From Rhizophagus irregularis (Eukaryota): a stretch of 64,000 nucleotides of DNA. Position 1 is the stretch's first letter. The number at the start of each line of letters is the position of its first letter. The notes beneath the pieces are model-generated. The model ran no database searches. It saw only the letters and a list, made by a program, of their open reading frames with translations, and had not been told where the DNA came from. Location: the NCBI RefSeq assembly GCF_026210795.1, contig NC_089431.1, forward strand, positions 2,294,001 through 2,358,000. The letters run 5' to 3'. A program made the translations under genes and the position numbers. Positions 25,720 through 39,785 of this stretch are shown one piece after another.

Positions 25720-26600
25720 TTTTTTTTTTTTTTATTTACCCTCATAGGGATCGATATTTAATTATGGTAAGAAGTTTACGTAATCATAAACATTAACCTC
25801 TAAAATACTCCACTCAACCAGCAAATGTTCCCGATGAGCTATAAGCTATATACTATACAATCATAAAATAAAATATTTAAATTTACATAATTTAGAATAA
25901 TAATATAATAAAATTAAAGCTACCAAAAATCCTAACATAAAATAAATAACCATATAAACATTATATTTAAATCAATTATTCACCAAAATTACATTCCTAT
26001 ATCAAAATAATAAAATGACGATAATGGTTTATAAATCTAAGGCAATAAAATGTACTTTTTGATATACAATTGAAGTTGAGAGTGCATCAGGACTAATGAG
26101 TCATCTGTGTAATAGGATCAGGCCATCCAAAACAATAATTTCATCCTCTGCGGTTATAGGTCTGTCAGTAATGGCAGGCTTTGGAGTTAATGGACATGAC
26201 ATGACAGGAGCGCTTTATCCCTGAACTGTAACGTTATGTGATTGTTCCCATTTGATAACTCGTTCACATCTGTTTTTCCATAAATGGTTTTTGAAAAGAA
26301 TAATAATTTGCATTAGAATTTTGGATCCCAATCTTACACTATCAGCTCGGGATAGTTTAAGATTTTTCTTCAGATGAGAGATTGCTGTTGTACTAATCTT
26401 TGCCTGCATGGCATCAGAAAGTAAACTAGTACATTCAAAAGAGTCTGGTGAAGAGCCAAGGAGTGAGTTTATGGAGCGTGATCTAATGTGAGGAGATAGT
26501 TTTTAAAATTCATCAGTGTTATTAAGGAAATAAATGAGTTCAGATCTAAGATAAGTTCTGAAATCTGCTGTTTGTGTGCAAGTTGATAAATGATTTGAAT
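25720..26600 (-). mobile_element. 5'-truncated LINE (3' end of ORF2, 3' UTR and poly(A))
   Basis: Poly-T run at about 25720-25733 on +. Minus-strand remnant NHLSTC...LWKNRCERVIKWEQSHNV resembles fungal LINE RT C-termini. Probable TSD aataaaaaaaa(a)tt. Confidence 0.7.
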
Positions 26601-27518
26601 AAAAAAAATTCAAAATTAATAAAAATTAATTATTGTAATAAAAACATTGTAAAACATTTTTTATTATGAAAACTGTTATGAATAGTTTTTATTTTTTAAT
26701 TTTAAAAAAAAACCATTTTGCAACAGTTTTTATTAATTATTGTAATAAAAAATATTTTTTATTATTTTATTTAACAAAAAACTATTGAAACAGTTTTTAT
26801 TCTTTAAATTTAAAGAAAAATTATTTTGCAATAGTTTTTAATTGTTGAAAAAAAAACCATTTTTTAGTAATAATTTTTAATTAATAAAAAATATTAAGAA
26901 TATTTTTTATTACTATTTTTGTAATAGAAACACTTATTAACATTCTTCATTACCCCTTTTTAAAATCTGCATAAATTTCAAATTAATTTTAGAAGTTTCA
27001 GACTAGAAATTTCAGAATAATTTTAGAAGTTTTGGAATAGTTTTGAAGTTTCAAACAAGTTTTAGTTTTAGTTTTAGTTTCAGTTTTAAAAATTGAAAAA
27101 TAGTTTTAGGCAGTATCTTTATTTTAACAATCTTTTATTTATTATTTTTTTTTTCTACAACGTATTAAAGTAAAAAAAAACAAATTAGAAGAAACTATAT
27201 ATAAAATAAAGTTCTAATAATATTTACTCTAATATAATTAAACTACAAATCACTTGTCATACATATACTAGTATCCTTGCATGTATACTGTCAAGTGATT
27301 GTTTGACTCTGTAAGTAGACTTCGTTTAGAAATGGGTCATCTTAGCAATAAAGCTCTATCTTCAATATCAGGTGATCAGGAGACCTACATTTTAATTAAT
27401 CTTTTAGTGATCAATTTAGATTAGTAAAATTTAAAATAATTCCTACTAATCATATTAATTTTCTTTATTTGACTGATTTATAAAATCCAAAAAGTTAGTT
27501 TCAAATTTAACTAATCTA

Positions 27519-28496
27519 CAGTAGGCAATCAAAAGCAGCGCAGAAAATCCATTATAATTTAACTGGGTTTTCTGGTAAATTTCTAATAAAACTGGTAAAA
27601 TCTTATAATCCCAGAATTGTTCCAGTCATGATGTAGCAGATTTCTGGAATATTTTGTAAATACTGGAAATTTTATTTAATAAATTTATATCACAAAAAAG
27701 TTTTTTATCTTTAATTTTATTATTTATTATTTCAGTAGTCTATTACAATATGATTATTTAAAGCCAGTACATCTTTTCATATTGTATATGCACAAATAAA
27801 AAAAAAATAAAAGATTATTATATATTTGGTAATACCATCTAAAACTGGAATTTTTTTTAATTCTGATCACATGTACCGGTTGAAAAAATAAATTTCTGGA
27901 ATTTTTATATTTAACCAGAATTTTTCCAAAATTTTTCTAAAGTTTTTTTTCACGCTGATCAAAAGTATATGGACACCATTCAAATTAAAAAAATTCTCAT
28001 ACATTTAATATAAAATAAAACTAAAATATAAAGTAAACATATTTATTTCATCTTTATTTATTAAATTACATATAAATATAGACGCTAATAATTTAATTTA
28101 TGGCAGTAATTACTTCAATTTTCCATACATCATATTGATTAATTTTCTTATAATATTTTTGAAAAAATATTTTTTTTTGTGCATTCTCTATTATTTTTTT
28201 TAAGTTAAAATGATAGTAAAGTATGCCAGAAAGTAGGTAAATAGTTGTTTTTATATCTGCTCAGAGATTTTCAGTAAGTTTAAAACCAGATTTCTAATCT
28301 TATGTTTTTGATGATTTTAGTGCAAATGATTCCATATTTGATAAAAATTAACTAATAAAGGAAAGTCTGAAAAATTAAGTGCATTTGTTTATCATAATTT
28401 TAAATTTAAAATTATGTGTTATTCATATCATATGATCATATAGTAATCTACATAATTTTGTAAAACAAGGTGTCCATATACTTTCGATCGCTACTG
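27519..28496 (-). mobile_element. Decayed Tc1-like transposon
   Basis: TA-flanked TIRs cagtag.c.atc.aaagtatatggacacc (left TIR interrupted) / ggtgtccatatactttcgatcgctactg. A degenerate SPDLNPIENLW-like remnant lies near 28262-28292. Confidence 0.75.
27536..27957. mobile_element. hAT MITE inserted inside the left TIR of the Tc1 element
   Basis: Ends cagcgcagaaaa / ttttttcacgctg; perfect 8-bp TSD atcaaaag. Confidence 0.85.
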
Positions 28497-29727
28497 TATA
28501 TTTAATACCTCTAGTTCTTTTAAAAGAACACTAAAGAATAAAATTCAAAAATACTAAAAAAAAAAGTTATAATTTTTAGAAATTCTAAAAAGAAAAATTA
28601 GGTAAAAAAAGTAATAAATATCAAGTTTTTATCTAATACTACAAATTTACAACTCTTCTAAAATTAGGCTAATATCTTTTAATTAATAGTTTTACCTTTT
28701 ACTAGAATCCTGAAAATTACTAAAAAAAACTCAGATTTAAATTTATATAAATTATATATAGATTTTAGCCTTAAATTTTACTAACTTAAAATTTAGTAAT
28801 TGGATTTTAATAATCTTTAGTTTGTTAGATTCATTTCAATACAATAAAATAAATATTTTGATATATAATTTATCTTTTTGGATATAATATTAACTGAGAT
28901 ATTATAGGATCTTGCTACTTACTTATAAGATAGATTACCCTTAAGTCTAAAGTAAAAATGAGATATAAATTCTTTGTAGATCTTATTATAAAAGAAAATT
29001 TTATATTACATTATTATAATTTTTTTTCTTTTTAGCTAATTAATCAATAGAATTTAAGAATAAAGTAAAAATCATTAGTAAAAAGCTAATTTTCTATGAT
29101 GATCTTTATTATAAATAAATCAAGATCCTAATATTGCATTTTTTTAGTAATTTTTAGGATTTTCTTAAAATTTTGCCTACTATTAAGATAGATTACCCTA
29201 TGGTCTAAGGTAAGATTTACATATAAAAGTAATAAAACTCTTTAAAAATCTTACTATAAAAGAAAATTTTATATTATATTATTATAATTTTTTTAATTTT
29301 TTTCTTTTAAATTAATTAAATAACCAATCAAATTTAAGAATTTCCTAAGGTAAGATTTCATATGAAAGTAAAATTTTCACTAATAAGTAATAACATATCT
29401 TAGTAGTAAATGGAATTCTGTTTTTTTTACTTCTATCTGATTAAAATCTAATTGATTAAAATTAAATTACTAGATTTTATTAATTATTAATCAATAGAAA
29501 TTTCATTTTTTTTGTAATTATTAATAAATATAAATTTTTTTAAGTTATATATTATAAATTTTTATTCTTTAAAATTTATTTTACTTATTTAAATACTTTT
29601 TTTTTAATATAATACTTATATAAAAAATTTATATTATTAATAGTCAGTAGAAATGTTACAAAATTAACAAAAAGTTTTTTTATACTGTGATATTACAATA
29701 TAAATTATTAGTATCTCTTAAATAATT

Positions 29728-31266
29728 TTATAAACAAATTTGCCTGCAATTTTTTAAATAAAATTATATCTAAATACAAAGTTTGTCAATATTATTTAGA
29801 TTATTCTACAATTTTACAGCTATATTGATTTACATTTTTAACATTAATTGTATTGGTTTGATATGTAAATGATCACTAAAATTAGACATAAATTAACTCA
29901 AAAAAATAATATCAGAATTTTATATAATAAATTAATTTTCTTTACCTTAATATTCTTTATTATAAAATATTTTAATATATTTTTTTATTTTTATTATGAA
30001 ACTTTACATTTCAATGAACAAAATAAAAATGATAAAATTTAACTTTATACATTTTTACAAGTTTATAAAAATAATTCATTTTTTAGGATTCTATATAAAG
30101 TCAATGCTACTTCTAAATATTAAAATACATAATAATAAAAATTGTTTTCTATAGCAAATACTATATATTCTGTTAAGCTTTAATATAGCTACAAATAAAT
30201 CCTAATGAGATTATAAAATTTTCAAAATTTTTTGTCATTTAAAAAATACAACTTTATAGTTACCGTATATCATTCTCTTGAAAAATTTCATAATTACTTA
30301 TATAAGACCTGTGGGGGATATTTTATAATTATCTCATAATCCAGAGATCAGATTTGAGTCATCTTTTTTTTATTTGATAGCTCTCATTAAGCTCTTCAAA
30401 ATAAAAAAAAAGGATCGTTTAAATTGGACTGGTAGATTATAAGATATTTGCAAAAAACAGAATTTTTAAGTTTTATTTAATATCTGGAAGTACAGGGTCA
30501 AACCTCCAATTTTTGCAAAATACTCAGAATACTGTAGCCCGCTATATACAGTAATCTTCAATTTTATAATATATAATTAATAAATAATGATTAAATTATG
30601 ATTTAAATTCTTTGCAAAAAAAAATTTTATTAGAATAACTTTATTTTTTCGCAGTTCAGATAATATTTTGCATAATAAATTATAGTAAAAGTAATTCAAA
30701 TAATATTTTATATATAAATTACATTAAATATATAAAATAAATTACTTTTTATTTTATAAATGTATTTTTAAATTATAAATAGAATATATTAAAGAATTTT
30801 ATTATTATATAAAATTAAATAAGAACTAGAGATCCTGGGCGAAACTGAAATATTTAGTCATTTGACTAAACTGAAATAGTTTAGACATTTAAAATTAAAA
30901 GACGAAATGCTGAAATTCAATATTCCATAGTATTTCCATGGATTTTTTATAGATTTCCATAGATTTTTAATTATAATAATTACTTATAAAAAAAAATAAT
31001 AATAAATTTATATTAAAATATAATATTTTTTAAAGGAATTTATAAAACTATTATATATATATAATATAATTTCATATATTTTTATAATAAAACTATAATT
31101 TTATATAATTAAAATTTAAACTTAAAAATTATTACTATATAGTTTAATCAATAATGAAACCGAAACTGGTTGGTGATAAAACTGAAATTTTTGGTAAAAA
31201 GAGTTTAGCCAGGTATTACTAATAAGAACTGAATTTTCAGTAAAATTGCAGGCAAATTTGCTTGCA
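29728..31266. mobile_element. Decayed TIR element (approximate bounds)
   Basis: Inverted ends caaatttgcctgcaatttt / aaaattgcaggcaaatttg. Confidence 0.45.
30827..31221. mobile_element. hAT MITE
   Basis: Imperfect TIR tagagatcctgggcgaaact / agtttagccaggtattacta; perfect 8-bp TSD ataagaac. Confidence 0.8.
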
Positions 31267-31497
31267 ATATTTTACTATTTAAAGAATAATATAATCTTAA
31301 AGTCTATAGTATATATGTAAAATCTAAAGTTAATCAAAGTTAATACATATGATTAAAATTAGCACTATAATTCTGGTTAAAATTTTTTTAATTCTGGCCA
31401 AATTCACAAAACTGGCCTAAATTTGGCTAAAATTAAAATTTTCGGGTTATAGGTAGTAACATTGCATTTACACAATGTAACATCATTTTAACAATTA

Positions 31498-31669
31498 CAG
31501 TCAAACCTTGATATAGCAAACCTTTGATATAGTGAATTTTTCAGACAACTATAATAAATTTCCCCTCACTATAACGAATTAACCAATCAAATCTCTTAAA
31601 ATCATCACTATAGTCTTATAGCGAAGTTGAGGTTTGAACCCTAGGGTTCGTTATAATAAGAGTTAACTG
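31498..31669. mobile_element. pogo/Tigger-type MITE
   Basis: ta|cagtcaaaccttgatatag ... ttataataagagttaactg|ta; homologous to 23061-23217. Confidence 0.8.
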
Positions 31670-33437
31670 TATGAGTATATTTATCTAGTTCTTAAAAATA
31701 CATTTATAAACTTTAAAAAGTAAAAAACTTTGTTTTATTCAATTCAATCTAGTTAAATTTATTAATAAAAAATAAAATTTACTGCAATACTGCAATTACT
31801 GCAACATGATATATGATTTATTTATATCAGTATTATCAGCAAGTAACAATATCTGAGACATGTTACATAAAAAAGAAATGATAACTACTTGGTAACCCCT
31901 CAAAATTTTTCTATGATAACTTTGTTTAATACTTAGCAAAATTGTTTAGCATTCAATTATGCATAAATATATATAATTTTTGTAGAGTTTTTTAAGTTAC
32001 AGAAGAGTATGGACAGAGCGCAGACATGTTTGAGACAACCAAAAAGGCTGCGAACATCAAAGATGTACAATACTGATTTATACTGGTAAAATCACCTGTA
32101 ATGATAATTAGAAATTTTCATATATTATATATAATTAAAAAAATTAAAAATTGTAATGTTTACTTTTATTATATTTTACTATTTATTATTATACTAATCC
32201 TTTAATTTTGGTAAGCAATTTTATTTACAATAATACAATATAAAATATTTAATTATAATCAAAAAATGAAATTTATTATTACTTATTATTTATAATATAA
32301 TATTCAAAAAAATTTTGGTTAAAAAAATCACTATTGATTATATATATTTTTTATTTAATATATCACTTTATATTATTATTAGTATTTCACATAAATCAAA
32401 TTTTTGTCTTACAAATTTGATTTGATTTGGACTCAATTTAGATTTGATATACTGTAAAGTCAAAAATAATTATTTCATAATCCAGTAATTAGAATTTGAT
32501 GAATTTTTTTTATTTTATAGCTCTTAGCTCTTATAAAGTACATTAAAATAAATAAAAAAAATTGTAAAATTAAGAATACTAATTATTATTCTTATAATTT
32601 ATTATTAAAATTATTAAATAATTACATGGATTATTTTAATATTCATTAGCAGAAGTAAAATTCATCAGATGATTTTCATCATATTATGTGATTTATAAAA
32701 ATTTAAACTTTTATTTTTTGAAAAAATTGATAAATAAAAAAAAATCAAAAATATAATATAAATGAATAAAACCATATAGAATATTCTTTTCTTTCTGATT
32801 AATATTTTATTAGCAGATGAAATTTATACATAACTGATAAAGCATAATGTAAATCATGTTCCAGTGAAATTCATCAGAGGTTATGTAAAATTAATCCATT
32901 ATACATTCAAAAATAAACCATTTTTTTAGACATCTGGAATTTGTATAATGCCGAAAAGAATTGGATTTTGGCCTGCATTATGAATGACTGATATTGGTTC
33001 ATACTTTAAAATATATATTTCATACTTTATAATTTTTTGCTAAAAAAGTTAATACTGTGAAAATTTTATTTGATTTTAATATCTGTTTATTTTATTATTA
33101 TAGAGTAAATACAATAAATACGCTATTATCAAAAATAAGAAACGCGTAACGCGTCTTAATATTAATATTTTTTGGTATTTATTATTAGGAGAGAAAAAAA
33201 TCAAATACTCTATGACTTTTACATCTTTCTAATAATAAAATATCAAAAGAAATTTCGTATCTTACAGCTTTCACACTTATTAGAAAGGAGTGAGAAGCGT
33301 GATATGTGAAATTTTCTTAATATTTGATTACTAAGAAGGTGTAGATATGAAATATTCTCTACAAATATACAAGCTAAACTCAATAAAAATTCCATATCCA
33401 TTAAGTAACTTAGTTTTCAAGTTTCCAAAAATTAGTA

Positions 33438-33576
33438 CCGTATAGCATTGACTAAAAGACTCCCCTTTTTGACGTGCCCCATTATAATATACGATATAAA
33501 ATACCCCAGGTATAATTTAATTTTTATAATGATAAATTGATTTATATACATGGGTATTTTAGTCAGTGCTATACGG
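33438..33576. mobile_element. pogo-type MITE
   Basis: ta|ccgtatagcattgactaaaa ... ttttagtcagtgctatacgg|ta. Confidence 0.8.
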
Positions 33577-33936
33577 TATACTTTGATCAAGTACCAAAAC
33601 TATACTCTAAACCTTTGTATAAAATTAAATATATTGCAAGTATTGAAGCGTGGGAAAAAGGATTTTAATATAAATACTAGCCCGTAATGCACTGCGTTCT
33701 TGAGGTTCGTCAACGTTGATGAAATTTTAAGGTTTGGTTTATAAGAGGTTAAATTAGTTGTTTTATTATAATTAAATTGTAAGAATAATTATTTTTAAAT
33801 TAAAATTTATATAAGCTTAATATTATTAATTCACTATTATAATTTAAACTTTAAACTCTATTCTTTTTTCTATTATATAAATTTAATATTATGATCAATT
33901 TTTAAACAATTTAATTCTAATCATCATACTGAAATA

Positions 33937-34125
33937 CTAACCCTAATAAATACTAATCCTACCCTAATATAAAACTAATACTAACATTAAACTAATACTA
34001 ACCCTAATCCTAACCCTAACACTAACTCTAACCCTAACTCTAACCCTAACCCTAACCTTAACCCTAACTCTAACTTTAACTATAAACTTAACTATAAACT
34101 TAACCTTAATTCTAATTCTAACTAT
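33937..34125. repeat. Degenerate telomere-like (TAACCC)n tract, interstitial
   Basis: accctaatcctaaccctaacactaactctaaccctaactctaaccctaaccctaac... Confidence 0.8.
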
Positions 34126-34161
34126 ATCTCCTACTAATATAATTAGTAAAATTAATTTTTG

Positions 34162-34240
34162 TTAGTATAATTTATTATGCAAAATATTATCTGAACTGCA
34201 AAGCAGTTCAGATAATATTTTGCATAATAAATTATACTAA
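34162..34240. repeat. Perfect 38-bp-stem hairpin with 3-nt loop
   Basis: ttagtataatttattatgcaaaatattatctgaactgc-aaa-gcagttcagataatattttgcataataaattatactaa. Confidence 0.9.
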
Positions 34241-34560
34241 AAGTAACCCAAATAATATTTTATATATGAATCATATCAAATATATAAGAGTTTTGCTAAC
34301 TTGCCTTTTAGGTTAAATAACCTGGATTAAATCACTTAAAATTTATAATTTATATTAATCATTTTTTTTTTAAAAAAAAAAAATTATTTGTATTATTATT
34401 TATTTTACTTTATATAATTTGAATATTATAGAGTATAATGATCAAGTTTTCTTACATTTTTGATAATGTTATTTGTTTTTGATTGTGATAATTTACATTT
34501 TTTTGAAAATTTGGGTAAAATTATATAATTAAATAAATTTTATTTATCAAGGATATATTA

Positions 34561-34734
34561 GGATAGTAATATATATTAGCTAATATTATTTTAATAGTAA
34601 CGTTTACTCGCCCACTCCCAGGTAAGATTTTATGACCAATCACAACCATTTCACATAGTTTATATTATGTGTAACCTAAGATTTTCTTTTACTCTCCCAC
34701 TCCCTAAAATATTAGCTAATATATATCATTACCC
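34561..34734. mobile_element. PIF/Harbinger-like MITE, TTA TSD
   Basis: tta|ggatagtaatatatattagctaatatt ... aatattagctaatatatatcattaccc|tta; subterminal sequence shared with 22214-22360. Confidence 0.7.
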
Positions 34735-36922
34735 TTATTATATACTATCACTATATATGGTAGTTGTTGATAAGTGAATTAAAATATAAGTTTGGATAAT
34801 AGCATTGTTAAAAAATTAAATATGAAATATATATTATTTATAAAGTATTGTTAAAATTTAAATATTGGATTTTTAGTTAGAGTTTTATAATTTTGAAAGT
34901 TTTTTACTGGTTAGAATGTTAGTTAAATTGTTATTGATTCAAAGTTTGCTGTAATGCTAATCATATTCTTTTAATATATGATTTTTAATTGGTAATATTT
35001 GTTGATGAGTGAATTGAAAATATAAGTTTGGATAACAGCATTGTTAAAAAATTTAATATGAAATTTTTATTTATAAAGTACGTATTGTTAAATTTAATTA
35101 TTGCATTTTATTTAGAACCTTATAATCTTGAATTTCTAATATATGATTTTTAATTGATAATAGTAATAAATAAATTGTTGATAAATTGAAAATGTAAGTT
35201 TAAATAAAAAATCAAATATGGAATTTTATTTATAAAGTATTGTTAAAATTTAAATATTGTATTTTATTTATATAGCATTGTTAAAAAATCAAATGTATTT
35301 ATTATAGAGTATTATTAGAAATTTAACTATTGAATTTTTATTTATATAGTATTTTAATATATAGTATTGTTAAAAGTATATAAAGAATTGTGATTTGCAT
35401 AAGAATTTCCTTTTTGAAAATTTGCAAAACGTCACATGATAGACTTTGATAGATCTTTAATTCCGGCCGGAATTAATTGATCTGCATGGAAATTTCCTTT
35501 TTGGAAATTTGTGTAACTCAAAATTTCATTTTTCGTGAGGAACAAAATTTCCTTTTTTGGGAATTTGTGTAACGTCACGTGATATATTTGGCTCCATCGG
35601 TTGGCTGGCTTGATTGGTCCTTATAGTCAGAATCAGCTGATCATGGGGATGCGACGTTTAATGGATGTGGCAGTTAGCGCATCATCACACACAAAATGTC
35701 ACCCCTTCTGCGGGGATCACATTATATGTCACGTGCCGCATCACATGCCTTCAATTTATTAGTGACGGAGAAAAGGCAAATATATATAGTGGTGATTTCG
35801 TGGGAAAAGTTTTTGCAGTTGAGTTATTATGGTTGTGATTATAATCAACAAAAATATACGATTTGTTCGCCTTTGGGATAAAGATCAGAACAAAATGAAT
35901 AAAATTATTAAATGACTTAATTGCATGTAAAATATATATATATATATATATGTATATTCACTTAATATAATAGTAAATACAAAACTTCTATCAATCCCAT
36001 TACCTCATAATGAACTTACGTTTTTATTGTATTAATAAAGAACCATCGTGATGTAAATTAAGGTAATAAATATACAATTATTATACGTTAGAAAATAACA
36101 ACCTTATAAAAAAAATTGATCACGTATTTTTGAAAAAATTTACATCATTAATTACAAATAGAGCTACAAATATAAGAAATCTCTAAAAAAAAGACATTTA
36201 ATAATTATATAATAAATTTTCTTGTTAAATAATTTAATTTAAAAAGGTAAAATTCAAAACAAAGGGCTCTTTTTTTTTAAAGGATTGTGTTTTATTATTC
36301 ACGCGAGAGTATCTTGTATTTGATTTATGAATATGTTGTTTGTATTCGAATAACGAAATTTTCGTTTACGAGATGATATATATATAATAATCGGTCCGAG
36401 TTAAAAACATTAATTACGACAGACATCTAGAACAAAACTTATCGTATGATGATCTTAGGTGGCTTAAAAAATTATAAAGATGCTATAATAATAATAATTA
36501 TTATTATTATACAAACATTATTGTGTTTTAAAAGTATTTGTCACTATTCTCAAAATAGTTGTGATAATTATTATTTTGATGTTCCTATATTTCAATAAGG
36601 ATCGAATAAAGTATCACCAAAAATAACGTGACTTTTTTCGTGTAAATTTGCGACTTAACTTTGAATAATTGCGAATGGGGAATATTAACGTTATTACGAT
36701 CATAAGTTTAGTAAATATACGAAAATTAGGTTGCGAGTGTTTGTGATATAATAATTTTAAATAATAACGTTCGAAGAAAAAAAACGAAATAAAGAAGAGA
36801 TAAAAAAAAGTAAGGGATCACGGATTGGTGGACGGTATCTTGAAATTTTAAATATAAATATCGATCGAATAATAAAAAATCGAGCACCAAGTATTGTTTG
36901 ATTCCAAAAAGAATCAAACTTG

Positions 36923-37081
36923 TTAATAAAAAGAAGAACCATTAAAAAATGGTGAGAATATAAATTGTCTGGGCAATCGGCGTATTGTTCCTATGTAATC
37001 GTGACTTAGATGCTTTCTTAAGAAACGCAATTTTCTGCGTTCGGAAACGACACTCTTTTTATTTTTATGTAAAGAGGGCAT
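36923..37081 (-). CDS. Arg-rich micropeptide family member 1 (52 aa): MPSLHKNKKSVVSERRKLRFLRKHLSHDYIGTIRRLPRQFIFSPFFNGSSFY
   Basis: Translated manually (below the ORF-track cutoff). ATG to TAA; shares the C-terminal FFNGSSFY* with its paralogues. Confidence 0.75.
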   Translation of the reverse strand: MPSLHKNKKSVVSERRKLRFLRKHLSHDYIGTIRRLPRQFIFSPFFNGSSFY

Positions 37082-39785
37082 TATGTAAGAGTGTTTTTTA
37101 TAATTTTTTATAACAAAAAATTATAAAGTATACGAAGAAAGATAAAAATCGAGGGTATTTATATTAAATATCGACCCTGTTATTAGATATTTAGTTGGTA
37201 TCATAATTTATTATTGAATTGATGAACCAATGGATTATTAAGCGCTAAGCTAATTACGTTCTTTTAGATTTGACATACTTGTATTAATCAAATTAATAAA
37301 ATGCAAGGGTTTTATTTGTTTATACATTATAATTTAAGTAAATGGTTTAAATGAATTAAACCATTTTTTCCTATTTTTTCTATAAAAAGTGCTAATGTCA
37401 AATATCCATATTAAGGTCTTCAGGTTACATTTTAATTTATTTCAATTTTTGTTTGAATGAAGATTTAGTGCGCGTGTTAAAATCATGATTTCTTAGAATC
37501 TTGCATTTGATGTCAATCAAAGTTTGTGTAACATAATTATGATGTTTAAATACATAAATATAATAATACTTATAATACCAGATTTAAACGAAAAATCATC
37601 AATAATCAAATAATTGACCACTGTCTCTATAAAAATGCTAATATACATTTGAAAGCGTTACATATTATTGTATAAAACGCACAAATTTAATATATTGAAA
37701 GGAAATTAAATTAACTGTGTGACAGATCACAGTAAACCAAGCTAAAAATGTTCTTATACAAGAAAAAAACCTGTTTCTTTTACCCCTAAAAAATAAATTA
37801 CCTAATTTGTTATCAACGTGCTCATATAAGTACCTCTAGATTTCGTATATTTGAAACGGGGGAGAAAATTAATAAAAATCAAATAAAATTTGTGTACTTT
37901 TTATGATTGTAATGTTTAAACTTAAATGAAAAATTCTTCGTTAAATGATAAATTCGTGCGGAATAAAGTAATTTCATCTATTTTTAAAATGAACATGTTG
38001 AATCATATTACGTAAATATTTTAAACAAACGATAATAGAATAATAGATGTACATTGCATCTGACATCGGAGAAAAATGTTTATGCATTTTAAAAAATTAT
38101 TTATTGCACTTTACGCCCAGACCCTTACCGTTAAGTGGTGCTTTTTTAAATTATTGTATTACAAATTATAAATAATTACCAAAAAAAAAAATTTATATCC
38201 AAGAATGCAAATTTTGGATAATTTTTATGTGACATTCAAAATTATTCTTTTAATTTAATTATAATAATATTACATTCTCATTCTCCGTTAAACAAGAAAT
38301 CAACAATTTTTTTATGATTTCTTATTTAATATTGAAATCTAAATTTACTTTATTTCATTGGACCACATGGATTTTTATTTCTATAGAAAATTCCTTTTTT
38401 TTTTTACAAATTTTAAGATTCCCGAAAAATAAAAATAAAAAAAAATATATAATATATACTATACACCATACACCAACGCCAAGAAAAATTGTACAACGAT
38501 GATTGTATTACTTTCGACTTTCAAGATGCTTTAATATACAGCGCATACAAATTCGGTGAGTAAACCGATTGGTTTACAAAATAAATCATTCACTAATTTT
38601 ATTTTCATTGAAGTTTAAAAAACGAAAATATAACAAAATTTTTATTAGCCTAAAGAATTAATATTCTATTTCGAGTGTCAGGGTCTTTACACAAAATTAG
38701 TGATGAAATTATTATTTTACATAAATGAACATGTTTTTCTCCTTAAAATTAATTGGTTAATTCAGCTCAAACAATAATGCGGTATTATTATTATTATTAT
38801 TATTATATCTGTAAATCCTAGATTTATCTCTATAGAACTTTAAGCATTTTGTAAGCATTTTTTGTTATGCTTATTGATTTGTGTGACACCTGTCAAACTG
38901 CTGTCAAATACTGTACATTATACTGCATATCTCTTACATAAATTTTTGATTTTTTTTTAAAAAAAAATCTATTATAGAAATAATAGAATCTTGAGTTATA
39001 CTAAAAATTCATTACACGAAGAATCAAAACAGTTCCTTTAAAAAATTTACAAAACTGAATATAGCACTTATACATAAAAATAGAAAATGTACAAACATTT
39101 AAAACTATGATAAAGATAGGTGTTAATATTGTTCCTATTCCTAATAGTAAATATTTCATTATTGCCAATATAAAAACATTAGTATATATGATTCATTAAT
39201 CTTATATTATTGCTCGGTTTAATTTGCGTAAGCTTTTAAAATGAATTTATAAAATTTATTCCCTTATTTTCAAAAAAAACAAAAAATCTTTCATTTATAA
39301 TTCACAATAAATATATTTGTTTCTTAATGATATTGTTTGAATATTTATAACAACATTACCATAACCAGAATTTATACCTTACAATAATAGTTTTTTTTTA
39401 AATGTTTGGAAAGCTTCAAACTAGGAAATTTCGATCCAAATTTTGATATAAGTAAAATATGTTTAAGGATATATATATCATATGCTATTACAATAAATCG
39501 TTTCAATCAACAATTTATATGATAAATATAGTTAGATTATGAGGTTTTATAGAATATGAATTCTGGTCGATGATAATTATGTTTCAGATCCAAAGATGCT
39601 TATGAAAATACCTCAAAAATGAAAACCCTGTAAAAAAAAGGTCGATCCGTTTTTTTATATTTCATCCTTTTTTCCGTAAAAGGCTCATATATCCGGAATT
39701 AATAACCTTATATCACGGAATTTTTCGAGTTATTTTCATTTTCCGTGGGTGGATCCATTTTTACGGAAATTACGGATAAGATTTT

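Larger units (their letters stand above)
23579..27121. mobile_element. Degenerate hAT-like element hosting nested pogo and LINE insertions
   Basis: Imperfect TIR taaagatgctacccaaaact / agttttaggcagtatcttta; 8-bp flanks ttttaact / ttttaaca; subterminal aaaactggt-type minisatellite. Confidence 0.6.
33677..35789 (-). mobile_element. Probable non-autonomous Helitron
   Basis: On the minus strand it begins a|CTATATATATTTGCC and ends ...cgcagtgcattacgggCTAG|t (imperfect hairpin plus CTAG, A|T target). It contains satellites and MITEs. Confidence 0.55.

Noticed and set aside
33937..34125. True telomere
   Set aside because: Degenerate, short and internal to a repeat element.
36726..36942. Track ORFs 36726-36917 and 36757-36942
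   Set aside because: F/I/L-rich chance ORFs in the 3' flank of micropeptide 1; the motif-bearing frame is 36923-37081.
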